Of a stretch of DNA of 64,000 bases, positions 38,211 to 47,498 are shown piece by piece. The translations under genes were made by a program, and so were the position numbers. Below the pieces are notes generated by a model. It had not been told where the DNA came from, made no database searches, and saw nothing but the letters and a program-made list of their open reading frames with translations. The stretch comes from Arenicellales bacterium (GTDB lineage: Bacteria; Pseudomonadota; Gammaproteobacteria; Arenicellales; Poriferihabitantaceae): assembly GCA_963457535.1 (NCBI GenBank), contig OY734803.1, positions 334,781 through 398,780 on the forward strand, written 5' to 3'. Positions within the stretch are counted from its first letter, which is position 1; the number at the start of each line of letters is the position of its first letter.

Positions 38211-40208
38211 CTACAGCAGCCGCCGCGCGCATTCCACCACATGCTCCGGCGTGATGTTGCAGTGCTTAAATACCTCGCCGCCCGGCGCCGACGCGCCGAA
38301 CTCGTCTATGCCGACCACCGCACCGCGCGCGCCGGCGTATTTCGCCCAGCCGGCGGTCGCGCCGGCTTCCACCACGACGCGCGCATGCGCGGCGGCCGGC
38401 AGCACCGACTCGCGGTAGTCGGCGCTTTGCGCTTCAAAGCGATCCACCGACGGCATGGACACCACGCGCACGCGCCGCTCTTTGAGTTGCGCCGCGGCCT
38501 CCACCGCGACCGCGACTTCCGAGCCGGTGGCGATCAATATGAGTTCCGGATTTTCCGATGAACTTTCGCAGTCGCGCAGCACATAGCCGCCTTTTTCTAT
38601 CGCGGCGAGTTGCGACTCGTCGCGCGGCTGGTGCGGCAGCGTCTGGCGCGAAAATGCCAGCGCAAAAGGCTGCTCGCGCGATTCCAGCGCGAGTTGCCAG
38701 GCGACCGCGGTTTCCACCGCGTCGCACGGCCGCCACACCGACATGCGCGGCACCAGCCGCAAACTCGCGAGGTGTTCTATTGGCTGGTGCGTCGGCCCGT
38801 CTTCGCCGAGCCCGATTGAGTCGTGCGTGAACACAAAAATGCCCGGAATTTTCATCAGCGCGGCCATGCGCAGCGCGTTGCGCGCGTAATCCGAGAACAT
38901 TAAAAAGGTCGCGCAAAACGGCTTGAGGCCGCGGTGCAGCGCGATGCCGTTGACCATCGCGGCCATCGCGAACTCGCGCACGCCGAAATAAATGCAGTTG
39001 CCGCCGGCGTCTTCGCGAATGTCGCGCGAGCCCGACCAAGTGGTCAGGTTGGATTCGGTCAGATCGGCCGAGCCGCCGGCCAGTTCCGGCAACAGCGGCG
39101 AAAAATATTCCAGCGCGTTTTGCGAGGCCTTGCGCGAGGCGATGTTTTGCGCCGCGGCGTCGGCCGCGCCGGCCGCGCCGCGCGCCTTGCTCTTCCAGTC
39201 TTTCGGCAACTTCCCTTCCATGCGGCGCGTGAATTCGGCGGCGAGTTCCGGATGCGCTTTTTTGTATGCGTCAAAACGCCGCGACCAGTCGCTCTCGGCC
39301 GCGGCGCCGGCATCGCGCGCGTCCCAGGCCGCGGAAATTTCGGCCGGAATTTCAAAAGGCGGATGCGGCCAGTTGAGTTGTTTGCGCGCCAGCGCGACCT
39401 CCTCCTCGCCGAGCGGCGCGCCGTGGCTGCCCGCGCTGCCGGCTTTGTTCGGCGCGCCGTAACCGATCTGCGTGCGGCAGCACAGCAAACTCGGGCGCGC
39501 ATCCTCGCGCGCCGCGCAAATCGCGCGCCCGACCGCATCGGCGTCGTGCCCGTCAACATCGGCGACCACATGCCAGCCATACGCGGCAAAACGCGCCGCG
39601 GTGTCGTCGCGAAACCAGCCGCCGACTTCGCCGTCAATGGAAATGTTGTTGTCGTCGTAAAACACGGTCAACTTCCCCAGTTGGAGCACGCCGGCGAGCG
39701 AGCAGGCCTCGTGCGAAATCCCCTCCATCATGCAGCCGTCCCCGGCGAAGACATAGGTGCGGTGGTCCACGATGCGATGTTCGCCGCGGTTGAACTGCGC
39801 GGCCAATGTGCGCTCGGCGAGCGCCATGCCGACCGCATTGGCGAGCCCCTGCCCGAGCGGCCCGGTAGTGGTTTCCACGCCCGGCGTGTCGCCGAATTCC
39901 GGATGCCCCGGCGTTTTGGAATGCAGTTGGCGAAACTGTCGCAGATCTTCCATGGACAAATCGTAGCCGGACAAATGCAGCAACGCATACAGCAGCATGG
40001 AGCCGTGCCCGTTGGACAGCACGAAGCGGTCGCGGTCGCACCAGTTCGGGTTGCGCGGATTATGTTTGAGGTGGTCGCTCCACAGCGCCTCGGCCATGTC
40101 GGCCATCCCCATCGGCGCCCCCGGATGCCCGCTACCGGCGCGCTGCACCGCGTCCATACTCAGCGCGCGAATCGCGTTGGCTTTTTGCCGCCGGTCCGCT
40201 TTGCTCAT
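38211..40208 (-). CDS. tkt: Transketolase
   Basis: [12 protein letters not shown], the [13 protein letters not shown] ThDP motif, and 665 aa length. Confidence 0.95.
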   Translation of the reverse strand: MSKADRRQKANAIRALSMDAVQRAGSGHPGAPMGMADMAEALWSDHLKHNPRNPNWCDRDRFVLSNGHGSMLLYALLHLSGYDLSMEDLRQFRQLHSKTPGHPEFGDTPGVETTTGPLGQGLANAVGMALAERTLAAQFNRGEHRIVDHRTYVFAGDGCMMEGISHEACSLAGVLQLGKLTVFYDDNNISIDGEVGGWFRDDTAARFAAYGWHVVADVDGHDADAVGRAICAAREDARPSLLCCRTQIGYGAPNKAGSAGSHGAPLGEEEVALARKQLNWPHPPFEIPAEISAAWDARDAGAAAESDWSRRFDAYKKAHPELAAEFTRRMEGKLPKDWKSKARGAAGAADAAAQNIASRKASQNALEYFSPLLPELAGGSADLTESNLTTWSGSRDIREDAGGNCIYFGVREFAMAAMVNGIALHRGLKPFCATFLMFSDYARNALRMAALMKIPGIFVFTHDSIGLGEDGPTHQPIEHLASLRLVPRMSVWRPCDAVETAVAWQLALESREQPFALAFSRQTLPHQPRDESQLAAIEKGGYVLRDCESSSENPELILIATGSEVAVAVEAAAQLKERRVRVVSMPSVDRFEAQSADYRESVLPAAAHARVVVEAGATAGWAKYAGARGAVVGIDEFGASAPGGEVFKHCNITPEHVVECARRLL

Positions 40209-40365
40209 GAGGCGGTCATGGAGAGCGCCGAATCACCGCCAAATCCTGGCGCAAATCCTGTTTTGGGGGTCATTTGGCGGGCGGGTATTCGGGCGGGCCT
40301 GGGGGAGCGCGTATGATACTGCAAACGCGGGCGCAAACGGCGCGCCGCGCAAACGTTGCCCCTCC

Positions 40366-41214
40366 TCACAACGGCGAACCCTGCGGGGACGCGGTGTTGG
40401 CATGCACCCAGCGCTCCCAGCCGGGCAGCGCGGCGGCGTGGGCGCTGGCGACCACCGAGCGTTTGCGCAGGCGCGCGCAGTCCAGGGGCTTGCCGGACAG
40501 CGAGGTCGCGGCGCCGCCGGCTTCGGTCAGGATGCGCCAGCCGGCGGCGAAGTCCCATAACTTTTGCCCGCCGTGCAGATACAACTGCGCGCGGTCGGCG
40601 GCGAGCCAGCACCATTCCAATGCGGCCGCGCCGAGGTTGCGCTGCGAACGGTAGGGCGGCGAGCGCACCAAGCGCTCGGACAAATTTCCGACCAGATATT
40701 TGTGGTCGACCACGGCGATGCATTCGCCGAGCGGGCGCGGCGGCGGGCGGCGCAGGCGGCGGCGGTTGAGGTAGGCGCCGCGGCCGGCCTGCGCGCAAAA
40801 ACATTCGCGGCGCAGCGGGTCAAACACCACGCCGAGTTGCGCCGCGCCGTCGGCGACCAGCGCCAGCGAGACGCCGTAAAACGGAAAACCGCTGCTGAAA
40901 TTGGTGGTGCCGTCCAGCGGGTCCAACACCCAGTAACCGGCGCCGCTCTCGCACACCGCGCTCTGCTCGGCATGCGCCATCTCTTCGCCGATAAACCCGT
41001 AGCCGGGCCAGGCGCGGTGCAATTCCTCCAGCAGGCGCTCCTGAATGCGGCGGTCCAGGTCGGTGACCCAGCCGCCGTCGGGTTTGGTGTCGCGCGAAGT
41101 TTTCGCCGGGCGGTTTGCCGCGTGTTCTTCCAGCGCGACTCGTTTCACCAAATCGCCAAGCGCGAACAAATCGGGCGGCGCGTCGTGCGCCGCGGCCGGA
41201 GCAGCGGCGCTCAT
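40366..41214 (-). CDS. Inositol monophosphatase family protein (SuhB/CysQ-like phosphatase)
   Basis: FIGEE and WVLDPLDGTTNF motifs. The ATG at 41214 forms an ATGA overlap with the upstream CheA-like gene. Confidence 0.8.
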   Translation of the reverse strand: MSAAAPAAAHDAPPDLFALGDLVKRVALEEHAANRPAKTSRDTKPDGGWVTDLDRRIQERLLEELHRAWPGYGFIGEEMAHAEQSAVCESGAGYWVLDPLDGTTNFSSGFPFYGVSLALVADGAAQLGVVFDPLRRECFCAQAGRGAYLNRRRLRRPPPRPLGECIAVVDHKYLVGNLSERLVRSPPYRSQRNLGAAALEWCWLAADRAQLYLHGGQKLWDFAAGWRILTEAGGAATSLSGKPLDCARLRKRSVVASAHAAALPGWERWVHANTASPQGSPL

Positions 41215-43670
41215 TGCATCGCCGGCGGGCGAACCGCCGCGCCGGGGAAAATGCCCTGCGCGATGCGGCACAGGTCGGGGACGATGCCGATGCGCCGCTG
41301 CAACTGAACGCAGCCGAGCGCGTTGTCGGGCGGCTCGCGCGGGGTGACCGACGGCGCGTGTTCGGCGATTTCCAACAATGACGGCGCGCCGTCGCTGGCC
41401 AGCGCAAAAAAGGCGGTGGCGCGGTTGCCCTGCAGCGGGCGCAATACCACCGCGCGCGCGCCGCAGCCCAGCGGGCGCGACGGCGCGCCGACCGCGGCCG
41501 CGGCGTCTATCAGCGGGACTTGAAAGCCGCGCCAGTCAAAATTGCGCCGCACCAAATTGGGGCCGCCGGGCGCGGAGTCGCGGCGGAACAAGCCGCCATT
41601 CGCGGAATCCACCGGCATCGGTGTCTCGGAGAGATTGACGATGTCGGCGATCAGGTTGAGCGGAATCAGCACCGCGCCGAGCGAGGTTTCCAGCGCGAGC
41701 ACGCGCGACGGCGCGGCGTCGGCGCCGGGCTCGCGCGCGCCGAGCGGGAAGCGCGCCAACCCGTCGTCCTGCAGGCCGAGCGGGTCGGTGAACGCGGACG
41801 GGTCAAACACCGGCGCGATTTCCCCGCCCTTATGCGAAAGCGGCACGGCGACGCTTTGCAGGCCCTGAATGTCGGAGAGTTGGCCGCCGAGCGCGCGCTC
41901 CTCAATGTCCACGATGTCGTGCACCTGATCCACGGCGAACGCGGCGACGCGGTCGGTCATGCGCAGCAGCACCAGCGGGCGCAGTTGCGGCGGCGGGTTG
42001 GAATTTAATGCGCCGAGCGCGACCGCCAGATCAATCAGCGGAATGCGGCGCGCGTCGTCCAGGCGAATGCTCGCGCGCCCGTCGGCGGCGGTCTCGCAGT
42101 CAATCGGGCGCGCGCGCAGAATGCAGTCCACCTGCCGCATCGGCAGCGCGAGGCGGTAGCCGCCGGCGGTGACCATCAGCGCGCGCGGCGGCGCGGCCGC
42201 GCCCGGCAGCAGGCAATGCAGGCGCAGCCCGGCCTCGGGCGGCGGCGAGGTTTGCAGCGCCATCAAGCCGCCGAGTTCGCCGATGGATTGGTGCATCATT
42301 AATATGTCGTCCATGCCGGCCAGGTTGAACACCGCGGCCGCGCCGTTGCCGCCGGCGGCCGGCGCGCGCGGCGCGCGGTGGGTGCGCGCCAGAATTTGCA
42401 GCCAGTGCGCGGCGCGAATTTCCGAGGCGCGAGCGCACAGGCCGAGGGCGATGGCCGCGTCGGCGAAGCGGCGCGCGCCGGGGCCGCGGCCGTCGTCGGC
42501 GTAGTCCAGCAGCACTTCCCCGCCCTGCCGCGCGGCGCGCAAATGAATGCGCGCGAGCGCGGGTTTGCCGGCCGCGGAACGCGCGCCGGGCTCTTCAATG
42601 CGCTGCACGATGGAATTGTGAATCAGCCGCTCAAACGCCGGCAACAGGCGTTCAATCACGATGCGGTCAATTTCCACATCGCCGCCTTGCAGGGTGAATT
42701 CAACTTGCTTGCCGGCGCGCTCGGCGGTCTCGCGCGCGAGGTGCGGCAGGTGCTGCAGCGGCTCGGCGAAAGTTCCGGGAGGAGGCGCGGACGCGGATTG
42801 GGCGGCGTTGCCGGCATTACCGGGTTGGCGGCCGTTGCGGCGCGCTTCGTCGGAAAGCAACAGCGCGACCATGCTGTTCAGCGAGGCGATATGCCCGCGC
42901 GCGAGCGACGGCGCCAAGCCCAACTCGGCGGCGAGTCCGTCATGCGCTTCTTCCAGCAGGTTCAGCAGGCCGACATCGTTAATGTCGCGCGGCGCTTCCG
43001 ACTGCGCCAGCAAGCGCGCGATGCTGCCGGTGAGCGCGGCGATTTCGTCTTGGCCGGCCACGGTCGCGCCGCGCTGTAGCGCGCGGAATTCTTCGCACAG
43101 CGACTGCAGCAACGCCGCATCCACATTGCCGCCGCGCCAGCCTGCCAAACCGGCGTGAATGCTGGCGAGGCGCGGCTGGCATTCGGCGACGAAAGCCGGC
43201 GAATGCGCCTCGGCCGGCGGCGCCGGGGGCGGAGGCGGAGCAACTTCGGCGGGAGGCGCCGGAGCGGGTGGCGGCGGCGCAGCGACCGGTTGTGCGGTGG
43301 GTGGCGTGGTTGCAGGCGCAGGAGGTACGGGGGGCGCGGCGACGGGCGGCGGCGCGGGTGCGGTGGGAGGCGGAGCGGATGCGACCGACAGCGGCGGCGG
43401 CGCAGGCATCGGCGCCGGTGCAACTCCAATTGGTTGCGCGACGGGCGGCGCGATTCCCGCAGACGGCGCCGGCGCGGTTGCCGTCGGCGTATAGGCGACC
43501 GCCGAGGCCGGCGGACGCTGCGGGGGCTTGTGCGCGCCGCCGAGCGGCGCGCCGGCGTCGGCGTCAAAGTCGTCCACCACCGACTTGCGCGCGGCGAACG
43601 CCGACAACGCGCCGAAGGCGTTGCGCCAACTCGCAGACAGCGTGTCCAGGGCGTCGCGCCAGTGCATCAT
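41211..43670 (-). CDS. CheA-like protein: Pro-rich N-terminus, Hpt-like region without a histidine at the phospho-site, degenerate HATPase-like domain and two CheW-like domains
   Basis: 819 aa. The Hpt-like helix is LCEEFRALQRGATVAGQDEIAAL. The kinase-core-like region is EFTLQGGDVEIDRIVIERLLPAFERLIHNSIVQ ... LLDYADDGRGPG ... IGELGGLMALQTS. The CheW-like blocks are ALMVTAGGYRLALPMRQVD and VLALETSLGAVLIPLNLIADI. Confidence 0.7.
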   Translation of the reverse strand: MMHWRDALDTLSASWRNAFGALSAFAARKSVVDDFDADAGAPLGGAHKPPQRPPASAVAYTPTATAPAPSAGIAPPVAQPIGVAPAPMPAPPPLSVASAPPPTAPAPPPVAAPPVPPAPATTPPTAQPVAAPPPPAPAPPAEVAPPPPPAPPAEAHSPAFVAECQPRLASIHAGLAGWRGGNVDAALLQSLCEEFRALQRGATVAGQDEIAALTGSIARLLAQSEAPRDINDVGLLNLLEEAHDGLAAELGLAPSLARGHIASLNSMVALLLSDEARRNGRQPGNAGNAAQSASAPPPGTFAEPLQHLPHLARETAERAGKQVEFTLQGGDVEIDRIVIERLLPAFERLIHNSIVQRIEEPGARSAAGKPALARIHLRAARQGGEVLLDYADDGRGPGARRFADAAIALGLCARASEIRAAHWLQILARTHRAPRAPAAGGNGAAAVFNLAGMDDILMMHQSIGELGGLMALQTSPPPEAGLRLHCLLPGAAAPPRALMVTAGGYRLALPMRQVDCILRARPIDCETAADGRASIRLDDARRIPLIDLAVALGALNSNPPPQLRPLVLLRMTDRVAAFAVDQVHDIVDIEERALGGQLSDIQGLQSVAVPLSHKGGEIAPVFDPSAFTDPLGLQDDGLARFPLGAREPGADAAPSRVLALETSLGAVLIPLNLIADIVNLSETPMPVDSANGGLFRRDSAPGGPNLVRRNFDWRGFQVPLIDAAAAVGAPSRPLGCGARAVVLRPLQGNRATAFFALASDGAPSLLEIAEHAPSVTPREPPDNALGCVQLQRRIGIVPDLCRIAQGIFPGAAVRPPAMQ

Positions 43671-43733
43671 GATCGTATGCGTCGTCCGCGGTCGGTCATC
43701 GCTTTGCCGGCCGGCGCGGTCATCCCCCGGCCG

Positions 43734-44816
43734 TCAGCGCCGCAGCGCATGCATCTCCAAAAAGTCACGGCTGGCGCTTTCAATTTCGCCGAGCGCGCGC
43801 GCCGCGTCAATCGCGAGCGCGGCGCCGCCGGTGGCGTCGCCGGCGGTCGCCTCGGTCTCGGCCAGGGCCTGCTCGGCATCGCGTTTCATGCGCCGCGCGA
43901 GGTCGGCGATTTCGCCGATGACGCGCGCCGAATTGGCCGCCAGTCTTTGCGCGTCTTCGGCGGCGAGCGCCATGCCGCGCCCGGATTCGCCGGAGCGCGC
44001 GGCTTGCACCGCCGCGTTCAGCGCAAGAATGTCGGCCTGCTCGCCGACTTCCAGCAATTGCTCGCCGAGCGCGGTGATGCGCTGCGCGCTGTCTTCCAGT
44101 TGGTGCAGGCGCTCGGCGGTGGTGCGCAATTGTTTGGCGGCGTTGTCCAGGCCGGTGATGGTGTTGTGCACCGCGGCCGCGCCCTTTTGCGCGGAGACCT
44201 CGGCGGCGCGAAGGGCGTCATGCGAGGTCGCGCCGCCATAGCCATTGCCGCCGTTGCTGCGATTTCGCGCCGGGGCGGCGCGCGCCGGTTCGGGAATCGG
44301 CGCGGGAATGGGCTCCGGAATGGGCGCCGGCGCAGGGATGACGCGCTCCGGTTCTGGCGCGGGTTCGGGCGCGGGCACAGGTTCGGGGAGCGGCGGCGGC
44401 GAAATCGGCGCGGGTTCGGCGATGCTCGCTGGCTCGGGAACCGCCTCGGGTACGGGCGCGGGTTCGGGAATGCCGGCGTGTTCGGATTCGGTGGTGCTCT
44501 CGCGCGCGGGAATGCGCATGCGCCGACGCCGGCGGCGGCGCGCCAGGCCGATCCACAGCATCAAAATCACCAGCGCGCCCAGCCCGCCGAGCAGCCACGG
44601 CGTGTTGCGCTCCAGTTCGGCCCTGGCGACCTCTAGCAACAGCGCCCACAGCGATTCGGCTACGGTCAAATCGGCCGCGGCCGCGGCGATGCCCGGGAAA
44701 GCCAGCGCGCCGAACACGACGCTGGGACCGGCGCCGGGCCGCAATGCGCGTTTGCACATTAAGAAAGTGTGCAGCGCGACGCGCATGCCGGGCAGCCGGA
44801 TTGCAAGGCGCGTCAT
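43734..44816 (-). CDS. Short methyl-accepting-chemotaxis-protein-like transducer (two TM segments, PEP-repeat linker, about 165-aa signalling hairpin, no HAMP recognised)
   Basis: The hairpin-tip motif GEQADILALNAAVQAARSGESGRGMALAAEDAQRLA resembles the MCP consensus. The ATG at 44816 gives an ATGA overlap with the CheW-like gene. Confidence 0.7.
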   Translation of the reverse strand: MTRLAIRLPGMRVALHTFLMCKRALRPGAGPSVVFGALAFPGIAAAAADLTVAESLWALLLEVARAELERNTPWLLGGLGALVILMLWIGLARRRRRRRMRIPARESTTESEHAGIPEPAPVPEAVPEPASIAEPAPISPPPLPEPVPAPEPAPEPERVIPAPAPIPEPIPAPIPEPARAAPARNRSNGGNGYGGATSHDALRAAEVSAQKGAAAVHNTITGLDNAAKQLRTTAERLHQLEDSAQRITALGEQLLEVGEQADILALNAAVQAARSGESGRGMALAAEDAQRLAANSARVIGEIADLARRMKRDAEQALAETEATAGDATGGAALAIDAARALGEIESASRDFLEMHALRR

Positions 44817-45463
44817 TGTCCGACTCGCCGCCATTGTTCCGAGGACAACAGCGCGTCCATGTCCAGCACGCCCCAGCGCCGCGCGCCTTCGCGCAACGCC
44901 GCGCGCAAATACGGCGCGACGCTTTGCGCCGCCTCCTCGCGCGCGGCGGCCGGCAGGCCGCCTTCAAACACGCGCAGACTGACGCTTTTGTCCAGCAACA
45001 ACGCGCTGTAAAAATCCTGCTGCGGCGGCAGCAACAGCAGCCGCGCGCGCGACGCGTCGGTCGCGCCGAAGCCGAGGAAGTCGGCGAGGTCTATCACCGT
45101 GTAAATTTTTCCGTGCATGGCGGCGATGCCGCGCACCCAGCCGCGGCAGCGCGGCAGCGCGCACAACCGGTCGGCCGAGGCGATTTCCATGCCGTCTTGC
45201 AGCGGCAGCGCGAGGTGTTCGTCGGCCTGCCGAACGCCGCTTTCGTCCGCGCCGCGCCGCGCCAGCCGGAACGCGAATCCGTGCCAGTCGCCAGGGCCGC
45301 GCGCATGCGTGCGGCGTCCAAACGCCGCGTTTTCCAGGTGGCGCAACAAAACGCTTGCCGGCAGCGGCGCACCCGCGCCCGGTTCGGCCTGGCCGGCAGG
45401 ACCGCCCCGCGCGGCGGGAGCGGGCGGCGGGGCGCGAAATGCGGGGTCGGTGGGCTGGGGCAT
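44813..45463 (-). CDS. CheW-like coupling protein
   Basis: WVRGIAAMHGKIYTVIDLADFLG ... ARLLLLPP ... YSALLLDKSVSLRVF matches CheW/PilI-type domains. The start is taken at 45463 (MPQPTDP). The track ORF begins at 45577. Confidence 0.65.
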   Translation of the reverse strand: MPQPTDPAFRAPPPAPAARGGPAGQAEPGAGAPLPASVLLRHLENAAFGRRTHARGPGDWHGFAFRLARRGADESGVRQADEHLALPLQDGMEIASADRLCALPRCRGWVRGIAAMHGKIYTVIDLADFLGFGATDASRARLLLLPPQQDFYSALLLDKSVSLRVFEGGLPAAAREEAAQSVAPYLRAALREGARRWGVLDMDALLSSEQWRRVGQ

Positions 45464-45576
45464 TTTTTTCGCCGTTTGCGCGAAAATCACGAAAATAACG
45501 GATACTATACCGAATACCGCATGCAAACAAGGCATTGCAATCCCGGACACAATCTGCTTTAATCGTCCGTCCACCA

Positions 45577-45596
45577 AACGCTTATCAACGCTTATC
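45577..45596 (+). repeat. Perfect 10-bp direct tandem repeat (aacgcttatc x2) abutting the GGAGG of the peptide-binding-protein gene
   Basis: Read directly. GGAGG is at 45597-45601 and the ATG is at 45611. Confidence 0.9.
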
Positions 45597-45610
45597 GGAG
45601 GTATTTTTCC

Positions 45611-47311
45611 ATGTCATCAAAAGACGACCAATTTTCCCCCGGACGGGTTCACCCCGGGGTGCAAACCATGCAGGACCAGTTGTTGCGCGGCAAATGCTCG
45701 CGGCGCGAATTCCTGCGAACCGTGACCCTTCTCGGCCTGTCGGCGCCGGCCGCATACGGCCTTGCCGGACGGTTGCTCGGCGAAAAACTCGTGCCGCCGG
45801 CGGTGACGCCCGCGCATGCGCAGTCCGGCGGACTGCTGCGCTTCGGCATGTTCGTGCAGGAGATGACCGACCCGGCCACCTTTGACTGGGTGGAGCGCTC
45901 GGTGGTTGCGCGCCACATCGTGGAATACATGACGCTGACCGGGCCCGACAATGTCACCCGCCCGTATCTGGCCGAGCGCTGGCAGCCGTCGGACGACCTC
46001 AAAACCTGGCGCTTCTTCCTGCGCAAGGGCATCAAGTGGTCAAACGGAGACGACTTCAACGCCGACGACGTGGTGTTCAACTTCACCCGCTGGTGCGACC
46101 CGAAAACCGGCTCGTCCAACCTCGGCCTGTTCTCGGCGATGCTGGAAGACACCGGCCAAAACGACAGCGCCGGCAAGCCGATCAAGCGCATGACGCCGGG
46201 CGCGGTGCGCAAGGTCGACGACCACACCGTGGAAATCCGCCTGAACTCTCCGGTGCTTTCCATTCCGGAAAACCTCTACAACTACCCGACCGCGATCGTC
46301 CACCGCAACTTTGAGCGCGACGGCGGCGACCTCAGCAAAAACCCGGTCGGAACCGGCCCCTACATGCTCGACCTGTTCAAACTGGGCGAAGTGGCCGTGC
46401 TGAAGAAACGCCCGGAGCCGTATTGGGGCGGCGATGTTTCGCTCGACGAAATCCGCATCATCGACCTCGGGGCGGACGAAGGGGCGACCCTCGCCGCGCT
46501 CGCCTCCGGGCAGATCGACTCCATGTACGAGTTGAAACTGACCACGGTGGAAGCGGCAAAAAACATCCCGAATGTTTCCATCCAGCAGGTCGCCACCGCC
46601 AAGACCGGCGTCATCCGCATGAACCTCGCGCACAAGCCGTTTGACGACAAACGCGTGCGCCGCGCGATTCAAATGTGCTGCGACTCCGACCGCCAGCTGA
46701 AGATCGCGCACAAAGGCTTCGGCATCGTCGGCGAGCATGTGCATGTCGCCAGCATCCACCCGGAATACTTCAAACTGCCGAAGTTCAACCAGGACATCGA
46801 AGGCGCGAAGAAACTGCTGGCGAAAGCCGGCTATCCGAACGGCCTGTCGGTTTCATGCAATGTCGGCAACACCGATGGCACCTGGGAGCAGGACTCCATC
46901 GCGGTGCTGAAGCAGGACGCGGCGAAAGCCGGCATTGACATCTCCATCAACGTCATGCCGTCCGCGAAATACTGGGACGAATGGGCGACCGCGCCGTTCA
47001 GCCTGACCTCGTGGACGCACCGTCCGCTCGGCACCATGGTGCTGTCGCTGGCCTACCGCGCCGGCGTGCCGTGGAACGAGACCAGCTACAACAACCCGGC
47101 CTTTGACCGCGCGCTGACCGCCGCCGAAGGCGTGTTTGACGTCGAGAAACGCCGCGCCAAGATGGAAAAAGTCGAGCAGATCCTGCAGGACGACGCCATC
47201 ATGGTGCAGCCGTTCTTCCGCTCGGTGTTCGTCGCGGTCTCCAACCGAGTGCGGAACTTCTCGATTCACCCGACGCTGTATCACCGCTTCCACAACGTGC
47301 GCGTCGGCTGA
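45611..47311 (+). CDS. ABC transporter substrate-binding protein, family 5 (peptide/nickel/opine type) with a Tat-like signal
   Basis: [23 protein letters not shown] twin-arginine-like leader. 566 aa with family-5 fold motifs. A strong SD is present. Confidence 0.9.
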   Translation: MSSKDDQFSPGRVHPGVQTMQDQLLRGKCSRREFLRTVTLLGLSAPAAYGLAGRLLGEKLVPPAVTPAHAQSGGLLRFGMFVQEMTDPATFDWVERSVVARHIVEYMTLTGPDNVTRPYLAERWQPSDDLKTWRFFLRKGIKWSNGDDFNADDVVFNFTRWCDPKTGSSNLGLFSAMLEDTGQNDSAGKPIKRMTPGAVRKVDDHTVEIRLNSPVLSIPENLYNYPTAIVHRNFERDGGDLSKNPVGTGPYMLDLFKLGEVAVLKKRPEPYWGGDVSLDEIRIIDLGADEGATLAALASGQIDSMYELKLTTVEAAKNIPNVSIQQVATAKTGVIRMNLAHKPFDDKRVRRAIQMCCDSDRQLKIAHKGFGIVGEHVHVASIHPEYFKLPKFNQDIEGAKKLLAKAGYPNGLSVSCNVGNTDGTWEQDSIAVLKQDAAKAGIDISINVMPSAKYWDEWATAPFSLTSWTHRPLGTMVLSLAYRAGVPWNETSYNNPAFDRALTAAEGVFDVEKRRAKMEKVEQILQDDAIMVQPFFRSVFVAVSNRVRNFSIHPTLYHRFHNVRVG

Positions 47312-47357
47312 GTTCCCGGCCGCGCCGCCCCGCGCAATTTCGGCGGGGCATCGCGCG

Positions 47358-47384
47358 GCCGGCGGCGTCCCCGCCGGCATTTGC
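47358..47384 (+). terminator. GC-rich hairpin (gccggcgg-N5-ccgccggc) followed by ATTTG; candidate intra-operon attenuator after the binding-protein gene
   Basis: Read directly. The T-run is weak, so this is only a partial terminator at best. It lies in the 187-nt gap between the binding-protein and permease genes. Confidence 0.3.
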
Positions 47385-47498
47385 AGCGGTTCCGCGATTC
47401 CGGAGTTCCGGAATTTTGGAACCCGGGTTTTTGCATGAGCCGGCGGGCGGCGCGCGCTTCCGCCATCGGGCAACACCAACTCCGGAGAAAAAACAAGC

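Noticed and set aside
40321-40355. Three copies of GCAAACG (spaced 12 and 16 nt) plus a TATCAT-like -10 on the minus strand, upstream of tkt.
   Set aside because: I could not pair them with a convincing -35 element or a known operator pattern. Short GC-rich heptamers recur by chance in this composition. It is noted only as a possible regulator site.
43150-43520. A strongly G-rich plus strand (runs of GGCGG/GGGG) that could be read as G-quadruplex-forming DNA.
   Set aside because: It is a direct consequence of Pro/Ala codons (CCN/GCN) on the coding minus strand. There is no independent evidence for a structural role.
43155-44636. A 493-aa plus-strand ORF with extreme Gly/Arg repeats ([19 protein letters not shown]...).
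   Set aside because: It is the mirror image of the Pro/Ala-rich coding segments of the CheA-like and MCP-like genes on the minus strand. There is no independent coding evidence.
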